Part shown: positions 1-8,964 of the stretch, in pieces
How the letters are laid out: each line of letters opens with the position of its first letter
Numbering within the stretch: the first letter of the stretch is position 1
Origin: an uncultured Gammaproteobacteria bacterium
GTDB lineage: Bacteria; Patescibacteriota; Microgenomatia; CAZETR01; Amesbacteraceae
DNA length: 64,000 nt
Direction: 5' to 3'
Assembly: GCA_964518565.1 (NCBI GenBank)
Contig: CAZFGX010000001.1
Coordinates: forward strand, 588,470-652,469
Notes under the pieces: model-generated
The model's database searches: none
What the model saw: only the letters and a program-made list of their open reading frames with translations
Told to the model about the DNA's origin: nothing
Made by a program: the position numbers and the translations under genes

Positions 1-85
1 CTGCTGGCAGCCAGTCGCGAGCAGTGTTGCCCCAAAAAGCCCGCAAATTCGCTCTTTTGTCATAATTTAATTATATAATAGACGT

Positions 86-1129
86 ATGTCTATTACATCT
101 CTTATGACCCCTCACGGAGAAATAAAAACCCCAGTCTTCATGCCTGTCGGTACCCAAGCCACAGTAAAATCCATCTCCGCAGATGAATTACACCACATCG
201 GAGCACAAATCATTCTAGCCAACAATTATCATTTGTATCTCAGGCCAGGTGGCGAAACAATCCACGAATTAGGCGGGCTCCATTCATTCATGAACTGGCC
301 CAAACCCATTCTGACTGACTCTGGCGGTTTCCAAGTCCTCAGTCTGGGCGGGAAAAACGGCATGGTCAAAATCACGCCAGACGGCATCAAATTCAAATCC
401 CATATCGACGGCTCCACACATTTTTGGACGCCAGAAGATGCTATTCGCCATCAATTTCTCCTCGGTGCCGATATTATTATGCCGCTAGATATCGCCACTC
501 CCCACACCGCTACCAAATCTGAAGCCAAACAAGCTATGAAAACTACACACGAATGGCTAGTTCGGTGTAAAAACGAATGGCTTAGACTTCAAAATGAAGA
601 TCCCAGATTTACAAACCATCATCCACTCTTGTTTGGTATTGTCCAAGGTGGATATCACAGAGAATTACGCCGAGAGTCAGCCCAGTTTATTACCGATTTA
701 GATTTACCTGGCATCTCCATCGGCGGCGAAACCATAGGCTACTATATGAATGAAACAGAAGAAGTTTTGTCATGGATTGACGATATTTTGCCAAAAAACA
801 AACCTCACTATGCCATGGGACTAGGTGGCCGACCGTCAGATCTGACTCGAGCCTTTGCCTGTGGCATCGACATGTGTGATTGTGTCGCCCCTACTCGAAT
901 AGCCCGCCACGGCATGGTCTATGTCTCAAAAGATGTCTCAGCAAATGAAATGCTCAATCTAAACAATGCCAAGTTCCGTCATGATAAAACCGAATTCAAT
1001 CCTCAACTCTTTCCCGGCATCACTTTTGCATACCTCCACCACCTGTTCAAAGCAGGCGAAATCCTCGGTATCCGCATCGCCACCCTCCACAACCTGTCAA
1101 AAATGATTGAGACCGCAAATCAATGCTAG
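86..1129 (+). CDS. tgt: Queuine tRNA-ribosyltransferase (tRNA-guanine transglycosylase)
   Basis: TPVFMPVGT, TDSGGFQV, GIVQGG, D-CVAPTR and HNL motifs. Confidence 0.96.
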   Translation: MSITSLMTPHGEIKTPVFMPVGTQATVKSISADELHHIGAQIILANNYHLYLRPGGETIHELGGLHSFMNWPKPILTDSGGFQVLSLGGKNGMVKITPDGIKFKSHIDGSTHFWTPEDAIRHQFLLGADIIMPLDIATPHTATKSEAKQAMKTTHEWLVRCKNEWLRLQNEDPRFTNHHPLLFGIVQGGYHRELRRESAQFITDLDLPGISIGGETIGYYMNETEEVLSWIDDILPKNKPHYAMGLGGRPSDLTRAFACGIDMCDCVAPTRIARHGMVYVSKDVSANEMLNLNNAKFRHDKTEFNPQLFPGITFAYLHHLFKAGEILGIRIATLHNLSKMIETANQC

Positions 1130-1138
1130 AATATTTTT

Positions 1139-1675
1139 ATGTCAGAGGTGGGAGAAGTATCAATCAAAAAAGAATACCAACCAATCGAATTTCAGCATAA
1201 AGTACTACCAAGTATTAAAGAAGCTTGTGGAATCGAACCAAACGAACCAGTGGTTCTCATGGTTCACATAACAAGAGCAGATATTGCCGAAGATGAAATA
1301 CTAAGAGATGGCTTCATTAATGTAAGCGAAAGAGGCACGTTAGCACCAATAACAGACAATCCAGACTCATATCAGGAACCTGGTGTGCCAAGTATTGCAT
1401 TAAAGAAAACACAAACTCAATCCAGTATATCTATGATTACTTTTTGCCTCCCTGCTAGCCAAGTAATGAAAGATCCAGAAGGTAAATATGGCTATTGGTT
1501 TAACAATCCTCTACCCGACAACGCAAATCCAAAATTAAAAGAGACATATGACCAAACAGTAGTCAAATATAACCCTTTTGACGGCACCCCCCTTAAAAAA
1601 GCAAAAGACGATCCCAGCCTCTATCCAGTATACATACCTCCAAAATATATCATCGGAATCGCCACATCAGCATAA
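1139..1675 (+). CDS. Hypothetical protein
   Basis: 178-aa ORF; TAGAAT 6 nt upstream of ATG. Confidence 0.7.
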   Translation: MSEVGEVSIKKEYQPIEFQHKVLPSIKEACGIEPNEPVVLMVHITRADIAEDEILRDGFINVSERGTLAPITDNPDSYQEPGVPSIALKKTQTQSSISMITFCLPASQVMKDPEGKYGYWFNNPLPDNANPKLKETYDQTVVKYNPFDGTPLKKAKDDPSLYPVYIPPKYIIGIATSA

Positions 1676-1694
1676 GACAATGTTAAAATAAGTC

Positions 1695-2444
1695 GTGTCA
1701 GAAACTGCTTTCACACCTCAAATTGAGGCCATAGGACTCGAACCAAATTTACAAATATTACCCATCACTGTTTTACGTGAAGGACACATTCCCGATTCTC
1801 GAATAAAAGTAGCCAAAGACTTACGACACGATTTGAAATATATTCTTTTACCCAGAAACGGATTAGAGCAAACCCAAGTTCACCAAACAATCGATTTAGA
1901 AGTACAAGCAATAAATCTAGGAAATTATCTAGACATGCCAGTGGTTGCCCAAGCACAAGAAGTATCAAAAGATGGCATTTCATATATCGCACAAACATAT
2001 ATTGAAGACGCAATTGAACTCGGTCCAGAAACAAAATTAAGTGAACAATCAGTAAAATACAATGAACAACAAACGGCATTAGCAAAGGGAGCCTTGTATC
2101 AAGCAATATTAGATTTAGGTGCGGACAACAATCAGTATTTAATTGACCCAAAAACTCAAAAAATTTATCTGAGCGATATTACACTGCCAAACAATTTCGA
2201 TACGAATATTGACACGTATCAAACACCAAAATACTTTTTACAAAAAGAGCATCCTTTATACAAAGAGCAAATAGGTGGCCTCACCACAGCCGCTTTTTTT
2301 GAAACGTTAGAAAAATTAGATAATTTAGAACCAGTCGATATTCAATGGGCATTCGAAGACAATATACAAGTAGCAGAAAAGTTTACTCAAAGAATCAAAA
2401 ATACAGCAAAGATATTTCGAGACTTAGCTCATTCAACTTTTTAG
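1695..2444 (+). CDS. Hypothetical protein, possible HipA/PI3-PI4-kinase-like fold
   Basis: EVQAINLGNYLDMPV and D..NNQYLID...IYLSD resemble HipA-like kinase motifs but are degenerate. Confidence 0.45.
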   Translation: MSETAFTPQIEAIGLEPNLQILPITVLREGHIPDSRIKVAKDLRHDLKYILLPRNGLEQTQVHQTIDLEVQAINLGNYLDMPVVAQAQEVSKDGISYIAQTYIEDAIELGPETKLSEQSVKYNEQQTALAKGALYQAILDLGADNNQYLIDPKTQKIYLSDITLPNNFDTNIDTYQTPKYFLQKEHPLYKEQIGGLTTAAFFETLEKLDNLEPVDIQWAFEDNIQVAEKFTQRIKNTAKIFRDLAHSTF

Positions 2445-3314
2445 CCAGGCACTAAACTCTTCCCCAATCTCCGGATGTTTCTTGGCCATTTTTACCACCG
2501 TCTGTAAATAAGACATTGGTGTTCCAGAATCCATATATTCCGCATTCTTCAGTTCCACACCAACTACACGTTTACCATCTGCAATCATTAGCTTTACCAC
2601 ATCGTTCCAATACAGTTCAGTCCCTGCTGCAGTTTCCTTTACCGCACTATCTACATAATCAAAAATATTAGGCGTAAAAATAAATGGCGAAATTGTAGCC
2701 AGATCAGAAGGTGCCTTATCTTTACCAGGTTTTTCAATCATATTTTTGACATCAATTGCTCCATCCTCTACTTCGACGCCACCAACAAAACCAAACCGCT
2801 TATAATCTTCATCTTTTGTCGCTTTTACACAACCCAGACAACTTGAATCATATTTGTGATATGCAGCTATCAATTGTTGAAAAGCATTTGGCTCAGACAA
2901 GAAAAACTCATCACTCCAGCAATATACAAATGGTTCATCTCCCACTAAATGCCGGACATTTAATAACGGTGTTCCATTGCCATATGGACCCTTTTGGCGG
3001 ACATACACAAAATTTGCCATGTCTGAAATCCGTTCTATTTTTTCCAACAATGGTTTCTTCTTTTCACCACCCATTTTCAAATTCTCCACCAAATCACCAT
3101 GTGGTCGGTCAAAATGATCTTCAATTGCGCGTTCGTGGTAGTTTGTGACGATAATAATGTCTTCGACGCCTGCATCAACCAATTGCTCTACTACATATTG
3201 AATAACCGGCTTATCTACAATTGGTAACATTTGCTTTGGCATCGCTTTAGATACCGGCAAAAACCGGGTAGCAAATCCAGCAGCTGGAATGACGGCTTTT
3301 CGTACTTTCTGCAT
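2433..3314 (-). CDS. galU: UTP--glucose-1-phosphate uridylyltransferase
   Basis: KAVIPAAGFATRFLPVSKAMPKQMLPIVDKP, EKP. Confidence 0.92.
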   Translation of the reverse strand: MQKVRKAVIPAAGFATRFLPVSKAMPKQMLPIVDKPVIQYVVEQLVDAGVEDIIIVTNYHERAIEDHFDRPHGDLVENLKMGGEKKKPLLEKIERISDMANFVYVRQKGPYGNGTPLLNVRHLVGDEPFVYCWSDEFFLSEPNAFQQLIAAYHKYDSSCLGCVKATKDEDYKRFGFVGGVEVEDGAIDVKNMIEKPGKDKAPSDLATISPFIFTPNIFDYVDSAVKETAAGTELYWNDVVKLMIADGKRVVGVELKNAEYMDSGTPMSYLQTVVKMAKKHPEIGEEFSAWLKS

Positions 3315-3379
3315 ACGTTATATTATAACCCCAAAGAAGTCTTGACAGCAAACAAAAAAAGTTTCACACTTTAAAAGAC

Positions 3380-4942
3380 GTGAGTAAGCAAAAAATTAAA
3401 AAAACTCAACTTCTAAATAGCAAAATTGTTCTTGCAGCATCTTTGGCCATAATTTCAGCGTTTGTTCTGATTATATTTGGCTCCCAAAACCAACACGGGA
3501 TTGCCACCACAGCCGCAACTCAAAACGATAAACCGATTTACACAAACGCTCTAGAGTCTGGCTGGGAAAACTGGTCTTGGGATGGTACGGTAGACCTAAA
3601 ATCGCTCAACCAATATGGCAATTATTCTATCTCTTTCCGACCAAAAAAAGCCTACGCAGGACTCTATTTACATACCAATACCAGTATTGATTCTAGCGCT
3701 TATTACAAAATAAATTTTCAAATCAAATCCGGCAGCCAAAACCAGCGCCTACGAGTGTTTGCCTATGGACCTGAAAACAAACCGCTTACTTCAGGTGAGT
3801 ATCTCAGTGGTTATCTTCCCACTGATAAATACAAAAACTACAGCGTAGATCTCAAAGCATTAAACCCAAAAAAACAACCAATTAAAGGTTTTTCTTTCCA
3901 GCTTGTTGGGGACAATCTCGGCAGCATCTTTTACGTAGACAATATTTATCTAAATAGCGCCACCCCCACTACCCCTAGCCCGACATCAATTGAATTTCCA
4001 CCAATCATTCCTCCAACAGTCATTCCCACTACAAAACCTACAACATTTACAACCACGCAAAGAGTGCTAGTGTATGACTTTAACCCTATCATTTCAAATG
4101 GCCAACGTATTCGCGAATTAGTCGGATGGACCGATCCCAAAGTCCTTGAAACCCAATACGTAAACACTATGAGAGACGTAAGCTGGGGCAATCTAAACTA
4201 TCAAATAGTGCAGAGATTTGAAAATATCGACGATATTCTCACTCGTTCAGACGGCTACAACTATTCCCCAACCGATTTTTACAATGTCGCTCGCGGTTTC
4301 CAAACGCCACACAGCCCAGTCTGGGCAGACTACAACGCATTTATCAAAAAATACTCGATGTGCGAAACAGCCAATGCCCAAAATATCGATGAAATCTGGC
4401 TCTGGGGAGCGCCTTGGCAAGGATTTTATGAAGCAAATATGACAGGGCCTGGCGCATTCACTACCAACGGACCAGTTATTTTAGGCACAACTTGTAACCA
4501 CAAAGTCTCCATAATGGGTTTTAGCTACGAAAGAGGTCTCAGTGAAATGCTAGAAGATCAAGGCCATCGCTTTGAAGGCACAATGAACCAAGTATTTAAA
4601 GAAGAACCACGTCCTTACGGTACACCGCAAAACACCGCTTGGGGTAAATTTGTAGCCGCTTGTGGCTGGATGCATCGACCACCAAATACTCTCGATCCTC
4701 AAAAAAGTGAATACAACTATGTAGATTCCTCAAATATCCTGACTACATGTCCGCAATACCAAACTTATCCAAATATGTCTACAAATCGGGTCGAAATAAA
4801 TTGTCGAACATGGAGTTGTGATGGTCTAGAGTTTAAAAAATGGTGGTTCAAACTTATCCCACATGCAGACGGTCGGGACACAACAGGCAAACTCAACAAT
4901 TGGTGGCCATACATCACCAATTTTGACAAAGCTATACAATAA
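3380..4942 (+). CDS. Membrane-anchored secreted protein: CBM-like domain, PT linker, putative metallohydrolase domain
   Basis: N-terminal TM; IYTNALESGWENWSW (CBM-like); Pro/Thr linker; EMLEDQGHRFE and CGWMHRPPN in the C-terminal domain. Confidence 0.6.
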   Translation: MSKQKIKKTQLLNSKIVLAASLAIISAFVLIIFGSQNQHGIATTAATQNDKPIYTNALESGWENWSWDGTVDLKSLNQYGNYSISFRPKKAYAGLYLHTNTSIDSSAYYKINFQIKSGSQNQRLRVFAYGPENKPLTSGEYLSGYLPTDKYKNYSVDLKALNPKKQPIKGFSFQLVGDNLGSIFYVDNIYLNSATPTTPSPTSIEFPPIIPPTVIPTTKPTTFTTTQRVLVYDFNPIISNGQRIRELVGWTDPKVLETQYVNTMRDVSWGNLNYQIVQRFENIDDILTRSDGYNYSPTDFYNVARGFQTPHSPVWADYNAFIKKYSMCETANAQNIDEIWLWGAPWQGFYEANMTGPGAFTTNGPVILGTTCNHKVSIMGFSYERGLSEMLEDQGHRFEGTMNQVFKEEPRPYGTPQNTAWGKFVAACGWMHRPPNTLDPQKSEYNYVDSSNILTTCPQYQTYPNMSTNRVEINCRTWSCDGLEFKKWWFKLIPHADGRDTTGKLNNWWPYITNFDKAIQ

Positions 4943-5918
4943 GCATTGCATCTCCAAAACTGTAGAATCGATATTTCTCAGCAATAGCTATTTCATACGT
5001 TCGACGAATCAGATCTGTACCAGCAAATGCGGATACCAATAACAATAAAGTGCTTTTAGGTAAATGAAAATTCGTGATCATCGCTCCAACAGTAGAAAAC
5101 GTGTAACCAGGATACATAAAAATATTGGTAGTGCCAGACCGTTTACCAGAATTTCCCCATGTCTCCAAAGTCCTAACAGATGTGGTTCCTACACCAATGA
5201 TTCGTTTTTTTTCTTGTAAGATTTTTTTTAGCGTTTCGTCTGTTTCGGCTGATATTTCATATCGTTCGGCGTGCATTACATGCTCTTCTATCTTTTCTGA
5301 CTTCATTGGCAAAAATGTTCCCAATCCTACATGCAAAGTTACTTCCAATTGGTCAACTCCATCAGTGGCCAATCCAGCAAGTAATTCAGATGTAAAATGC
5401 AAACCAGCAGTCGGCGCCGCCACTGAGCCTTCTTGCTTCGCGTAGACTGTCTGATAATCAGACAGACTTACATCAGACGGTGCATGAATGTATGGCGGCA
5501 ATGGTACCAAACCAATGTCATATATCAGTTTCATAAATGCCTCACCTTGAATTGAAAATCGCAAATATCCATTCTCTTGCACGTCTGCAGTTAATTTGCG
5601 ATCAAAAAATAATTTTTTAGCTCCACCAATATTTTTCCCAATAAATTTCCACTCTTCACCAACTGACTCAAGGAGCAAGACCTCAATCGCCCCACCCGTT
5701 TCTTTGTGACCCAACAATCTTGCTGGAAAAACCTTTGAATTATTAAAGACCAAAACATCAGATGGTTTTAAATAATTGGTCAGATTGTGAAAAATATCGT
5801 GTGAAATAGTTCCAGATTTCCTATTCACTACCATCAACCGACACATATCTCTGGGCTCTATTGGCTGGTGAGCTATCAATTGCTCAGGCAATTCATAATC
5901 AAAATCCGATACATTCAT
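4932..5918 (-). CDS. queA: S-adenosylmethionine:tRNA ribosyltransferase-isomerase
   Basis: FDYELPEQLIA, PLPPYI, YQTVYA, AAPTAGLHF, TNFHLPKSTL, YRFYSFGDAM. Confidence 0.97.
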   Translation of the reverse strand: MNVSDFDYELPEQLIAHQPIEPRDMCRLMVVNRKSGTISHDIFHNLTNYLKPSDVLVFNNSKVFPARLLGHKETGGAIEVLLLESVGEEWKFIGKNIGGAKKLFFDRKLTADVQENGYLRFSIQGEAFMKLIYDIGLVPLPPYIHAPSDVSLSDYQTVYAKQEGSVAAPTAGLHFTSELLAGLATDGVDQLEVTLHVGLGTFLPMKSEKIEEHVMHAERYEISAETDETLKKILQEKKRIIGVGTTSVRTLETWGNSGKRSGTTNIFMYPGYTFSTVGAMITNFHLPKSTLLLLVSAFAGTDLIRRTYEIAIAEKYRFYSFGDAMLIV

Positions 5919-5920
5919 TC

Positions 5921-7057
5921 CTATTTACCCAACAGTTTAGAAAACAGATTTGTGTGCCACAAATCTTGAAGTGTCACCAAAGCAATCAACACCAAAAGCG
6001 CCATCATTCCCCATGAATTTATTTTTTGTTCAAAATCCGCCGACATTCGTTTTCCTCGAATCCATTCTAAAATAATAAACAGCACTCGCCCACCATCTAG
6101 TGCGGGAATAGGTAAAATATTAAACACAGCCAAATTTACAGACAAAATAGCCGTTAATTCAACCAAAGGCCAAAAGCCATATCCAGCGACCACTCCAGTT
6201 AGTTTATAAATTCCCACAGGTCCTGATACATCTTGCGGCACCTCACCTCGAGACAAATTTTGTCCTATCATTCTAAACCCATCTACTACTCGAGCAATCC
6301 AAATATAGGTAGTAGAAAATCCTTGCTTAACAATATTAACCAAACATGTTGCGGTCCAACCATCACAAGGCTGCATCTCCAAGTAAGTAAAATCTGAAAT
6401 TGCCACACCCAAGGCACCCTGATCTTTTGGTGGATTTACACGAGGAATTAAATTCACCACAAAACGTTGAGTTTTTTGTTCTGCCAATCCTTCAAACAAT
6501 TGAATCCCCTCCCCGCGTTCAATCGTCAAATTTACTCCCAAACCCGCCCAAGATTTCATCAGATCCGAAAATTCTTTTACATCCGAGATCTCTTTACCCT
6601 CAACAGCCACGATTCTATCCTGAGCCTTAATACCCGCTCTTTCTGCAGGAGTCTCAGGCAGTGTCTGCAGCACTGTCACTTTTTGCTTTACGACTTGTGG
6701 CACCCCCACTACTCCATACAAAAATCCAAACGCCACCAAAGCCAACAACAAATTCATACACACACCCGCAGCAACCACTGCAATACGACTCAATTTATTT
6801 TTACCCCAAAAACTTTTATTTTTATCTTTTTCCGTTTCTCCTTCCTCACCAAATAATTTCACAAATCCACCAAACAAAAGTGGATAGAGAGAAAACTTTA
6901 TTCCACGAACCTTAACTGACACCAAAGCTTTTGTAAATGGCAACCCAAAAGCAAATTCTTCTACACGAATACCAAAAAGCAAAGCTACCAAAAAATGGCC
7001 CAATTCATGAATTAAAACTAAAACAGATAAAACTCCAAAAAAGATCAAAAAATTCAT
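5921..7057 (-). CDS. rseP: RIP metalloprotease RseP (M50, PDZ)
   Basis: HELGH, PDZ segment, NILPIPALDGG; follows frr. Confidence 0.93.
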   Translation of the reverse strand: MNFLIFFGVLSVLVLIHELGHFLVALLFGIRVEEFAFGLPFTKALVSVKVRGIKFSLYPLLFGGFVKLFGEEGETEKDKNKSFWGKNKLSRIAVVAAGVCMNLLLALVAFGFLYGVVGVPQVVKQKVTVLQTLPETPAERAGIKAQDRIVAVEGKEISDVKEFSDLMKSWAGLGVNLTIERGEGIQLFEGLAEQKTQRFVVNLIPRVNPPKDQGALGVAISDFTYLEMQPCDGWTATCLVNIVKQGFSTTYIWIARVVDGFRMIGQNLSRGEVPQDVSGPVGIYKLTGVVAGYGFWPLVELTAILSVNLAVFNILPIPALDGGRVLFIILEWIRGKRMSADFEQKINSWGMMALLVLIALVTLQDLWHTNLFSKLLGK

Positions 7058-7079
7058 TAAATGTATTCTACCAAAAATA

Positions 7080-7634
7080 CTAGACAGTCATCAATTCTTT
7101 TTCTTTTATTTTCCCCAAGTTTTCAATTTCTTGCATCATTGAATCGGTCAAATCCTGCAGTTCCTTTTCCAATCGTTTTTTATCATCTTCAGGTAAATTG
7201 CCTTCCTCTGCAGTTCGTTTAAATTCACCCATTTTTTCATGGCGCAATTGTCGCAAACGAACCCGACCATCTTCCAATTTTGTATGCAACAATTTTACAT
7301 ATTCCAATCGGCGTTCCTGGGTAAGAGCTGGAAAGGTCAAACGTACAATATTGTTATCTATTACTGGATTCACGCCAATGTTTGCAGCTTCAATATCCCG
7401 ACGAATCTCGCCAATAGTCGACTGGTCATAAGGCGTCAATACAATCATCTGTGGCTCTGGTACAGAAATACTCGCCATTTCCATAACCCGCATTCGAGTG
7501 GAGCCTCCATATGCCTGAACAAAAATGTTTTCCACCAATGCTGGATTTGCACGCCCTGTTCGAATCATTGCCACTTCCTCCCGCGTAAACTCTACAGACT
7601 TTTGCATTTTTTGTTTTGTCTCGACTATATCCAT
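7080..7634 (-). CDS. frr: Ribosome recycling factor
   Basis: IRTGRANP, PALTQERR. Confidence 0.96.
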   Translation of the reverse strand: MDIVETKQKMQKSVEFTREEVAMIRTGRANPALVENIFVQAYGGSTRMRVMEMASISVPEPQMIVLTPYDQSTIGEIRRDIEAANIGVNPVIDNNIVRLTFPALTQERRLEYVKLLHTKLEDGRVRLRQLRHEKMGEFKRTAEEGNLPEDDKKRLEKELQDLTDSMMQEIENLGKIKEKELMTV

Positions 7635-7640
7635 AGTGAC

Positions 7641-8093
7641 TTAGACTCGTATCACAGAAATATCAACGATTTGGATATTTTCACCCAATTTACCAATAGA
7701 CTCCTTTACCAAATCCGCCACTTTTTTACTTGAATCTCGGATATATTCCTGAGCCAATAATTCCTCTACGTTTGCTGGATCAGTGGCTGAAATCTGCAAA
7801 GCAATTTCTTTTCCTAGCTTTTCAAAATCTTCTGTTTTGGCCACAAAATCGGTCTCACAAGCCAATCCCACCATAGAACCAATTCGTCCAGTGTGATGAA
7901 TATAGCTAAACACTTTTCCAGCTTTCACTTCCCGATCAGATTTCTTTGCAGCTTTTTCAATCCCTCTCTTGCGAATCAATTCTGCAGCAGCAACCAGATC
8001 TCCTTTTGTCTCTTCTAATGCACTTCGACAATCAGAAATTCCTGCCCCAGTTTGATCACGTAATTTTTTGATATCCTCAATATTAAGCTTCAT
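7641..8093 (-). CDS. tsf: Elongation factor Ts (short form)
   Basis: IKKLRDQTGAG, CETDFVA, GENI; 150 aa. Confidence 0.95.
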   Translation of the reverse strand: MKLNIEDIKKLRDQTGAGISDCRSALEETKGDLVAAAELIRKRGIEKAAKKSDREVKAGKVFSYIHHTGRIGSMVGLACETDFVAKTEDFEKLGKEIALQISATDPANVEELLAQEYIRDSSKKVADLVKESIGKLGENIQIVDISVIRV

Positions 8094-8859
8094 TTTTTTT
8101 GGTCTTTGTTTTTGTTTTTACAGGCTCAGCTGATACATTTTCACTGATCGGTCGAGCAGATTCAAGAGCAAGAGTCGGCAAGCCTTTAGCAATAGCTACT
8201 GCGTTGGCCACTTCATTAATCAATAATTCTATAGATCCAGTTGCATCATCGTTGGCGGGAATGACATAGGACACATTTGTCGGGTCGCCATTAGTATCTA
8301 CAATTCCCACTACCGGAATACCGATTCTTTTTGCTTCAGCCACAGCTACTTCTTCTCGATGAGTATCCACAATAAACAACGCATCTGGCACAGAAGTCAT
8401 GTTAGCAACACCACCCAAAAACTTTTCTAATTGAGCAATTTCACGATCGATTTGCAATTGTTCATATTTTGTATATTTTTTATATTCACCTTGCTCTCGT
8501 TTAGATTTCATATCAGCAAGTTTGCGAATTCTACGGCTAATTTGGTTCCAATTTGTCAAAAATCCACCTACCCAACGAACTGAAAAATAAGGCACCTGGA
8601 CACGCAAGGCCGCTGTTTTGACCAAATCTGCAGCTTGACGTTTTGTACCTACAAACAAAATGGTTTTATTGTTTTTCACCAAATCAGTTACAAAATCACA
8701 AGCCACATCTAGACCTTCTTTTGTCTTAGCCAAATCAAAAATATGTACCCCACCTCGCTCACCATAAATATACTGCTTCATTTTAGGATTCCAACGACGC
8801 ACCTGATGGCCAAAATGGCTACCTGATTCTAATAGTTGTTTGAGAGATACAGAACTCAT
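8083..8859 (-). CDS. rpsB: 30S ribosomal protein S2
   Basis: HFGHQVRRWNPKM, FVGTK, IPANDD. Confidence 0.98.
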   Translation of the reverse strand: MSSVSLKQLLESGSHFGHQVRRWNPKMKQYIYGERGGVHIFDLAKTKEGLDVACDFVTDLVKNNKTILFVGTKRQAADLVKTAALRVQVPYFSVRWVGGFLTNWNQISRRIRKLADMKSKREQGEYKKYTKYEQLQIDREIAQLEKFLGGVANMTSVPDALFIVDTHREEVAVAEAKRIGIPVVGIVDTNGDPTNVSYVIPANDDATGSIELLINEVANAVAIAKGLPTLALESARPISENVSAEPVKTKTKTKKNEA

Positions 8860-8932
8860 AATGTTTTCCTTATGCCTCCTCTAGTACGTGTGGTTTAGGA
8901 AAACGGTACTAGAGTGTGAAATAAACTTGGGC
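8860..8932 (-). promoter_or_regulatory. rpsB 5' leader, probable S2 autoregulatory RNA
   Basis: Minus strand: -10 TAGAAT, then CACAC, a CTCTAGTAC/GTACTAGAG stem and GGAGGC before the ATG, like known rpsB leaders. Confidence 0.6.
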
Positions 8933-8964
8933 TATTCTACATGACACCATGTAAAATAGCTAGT

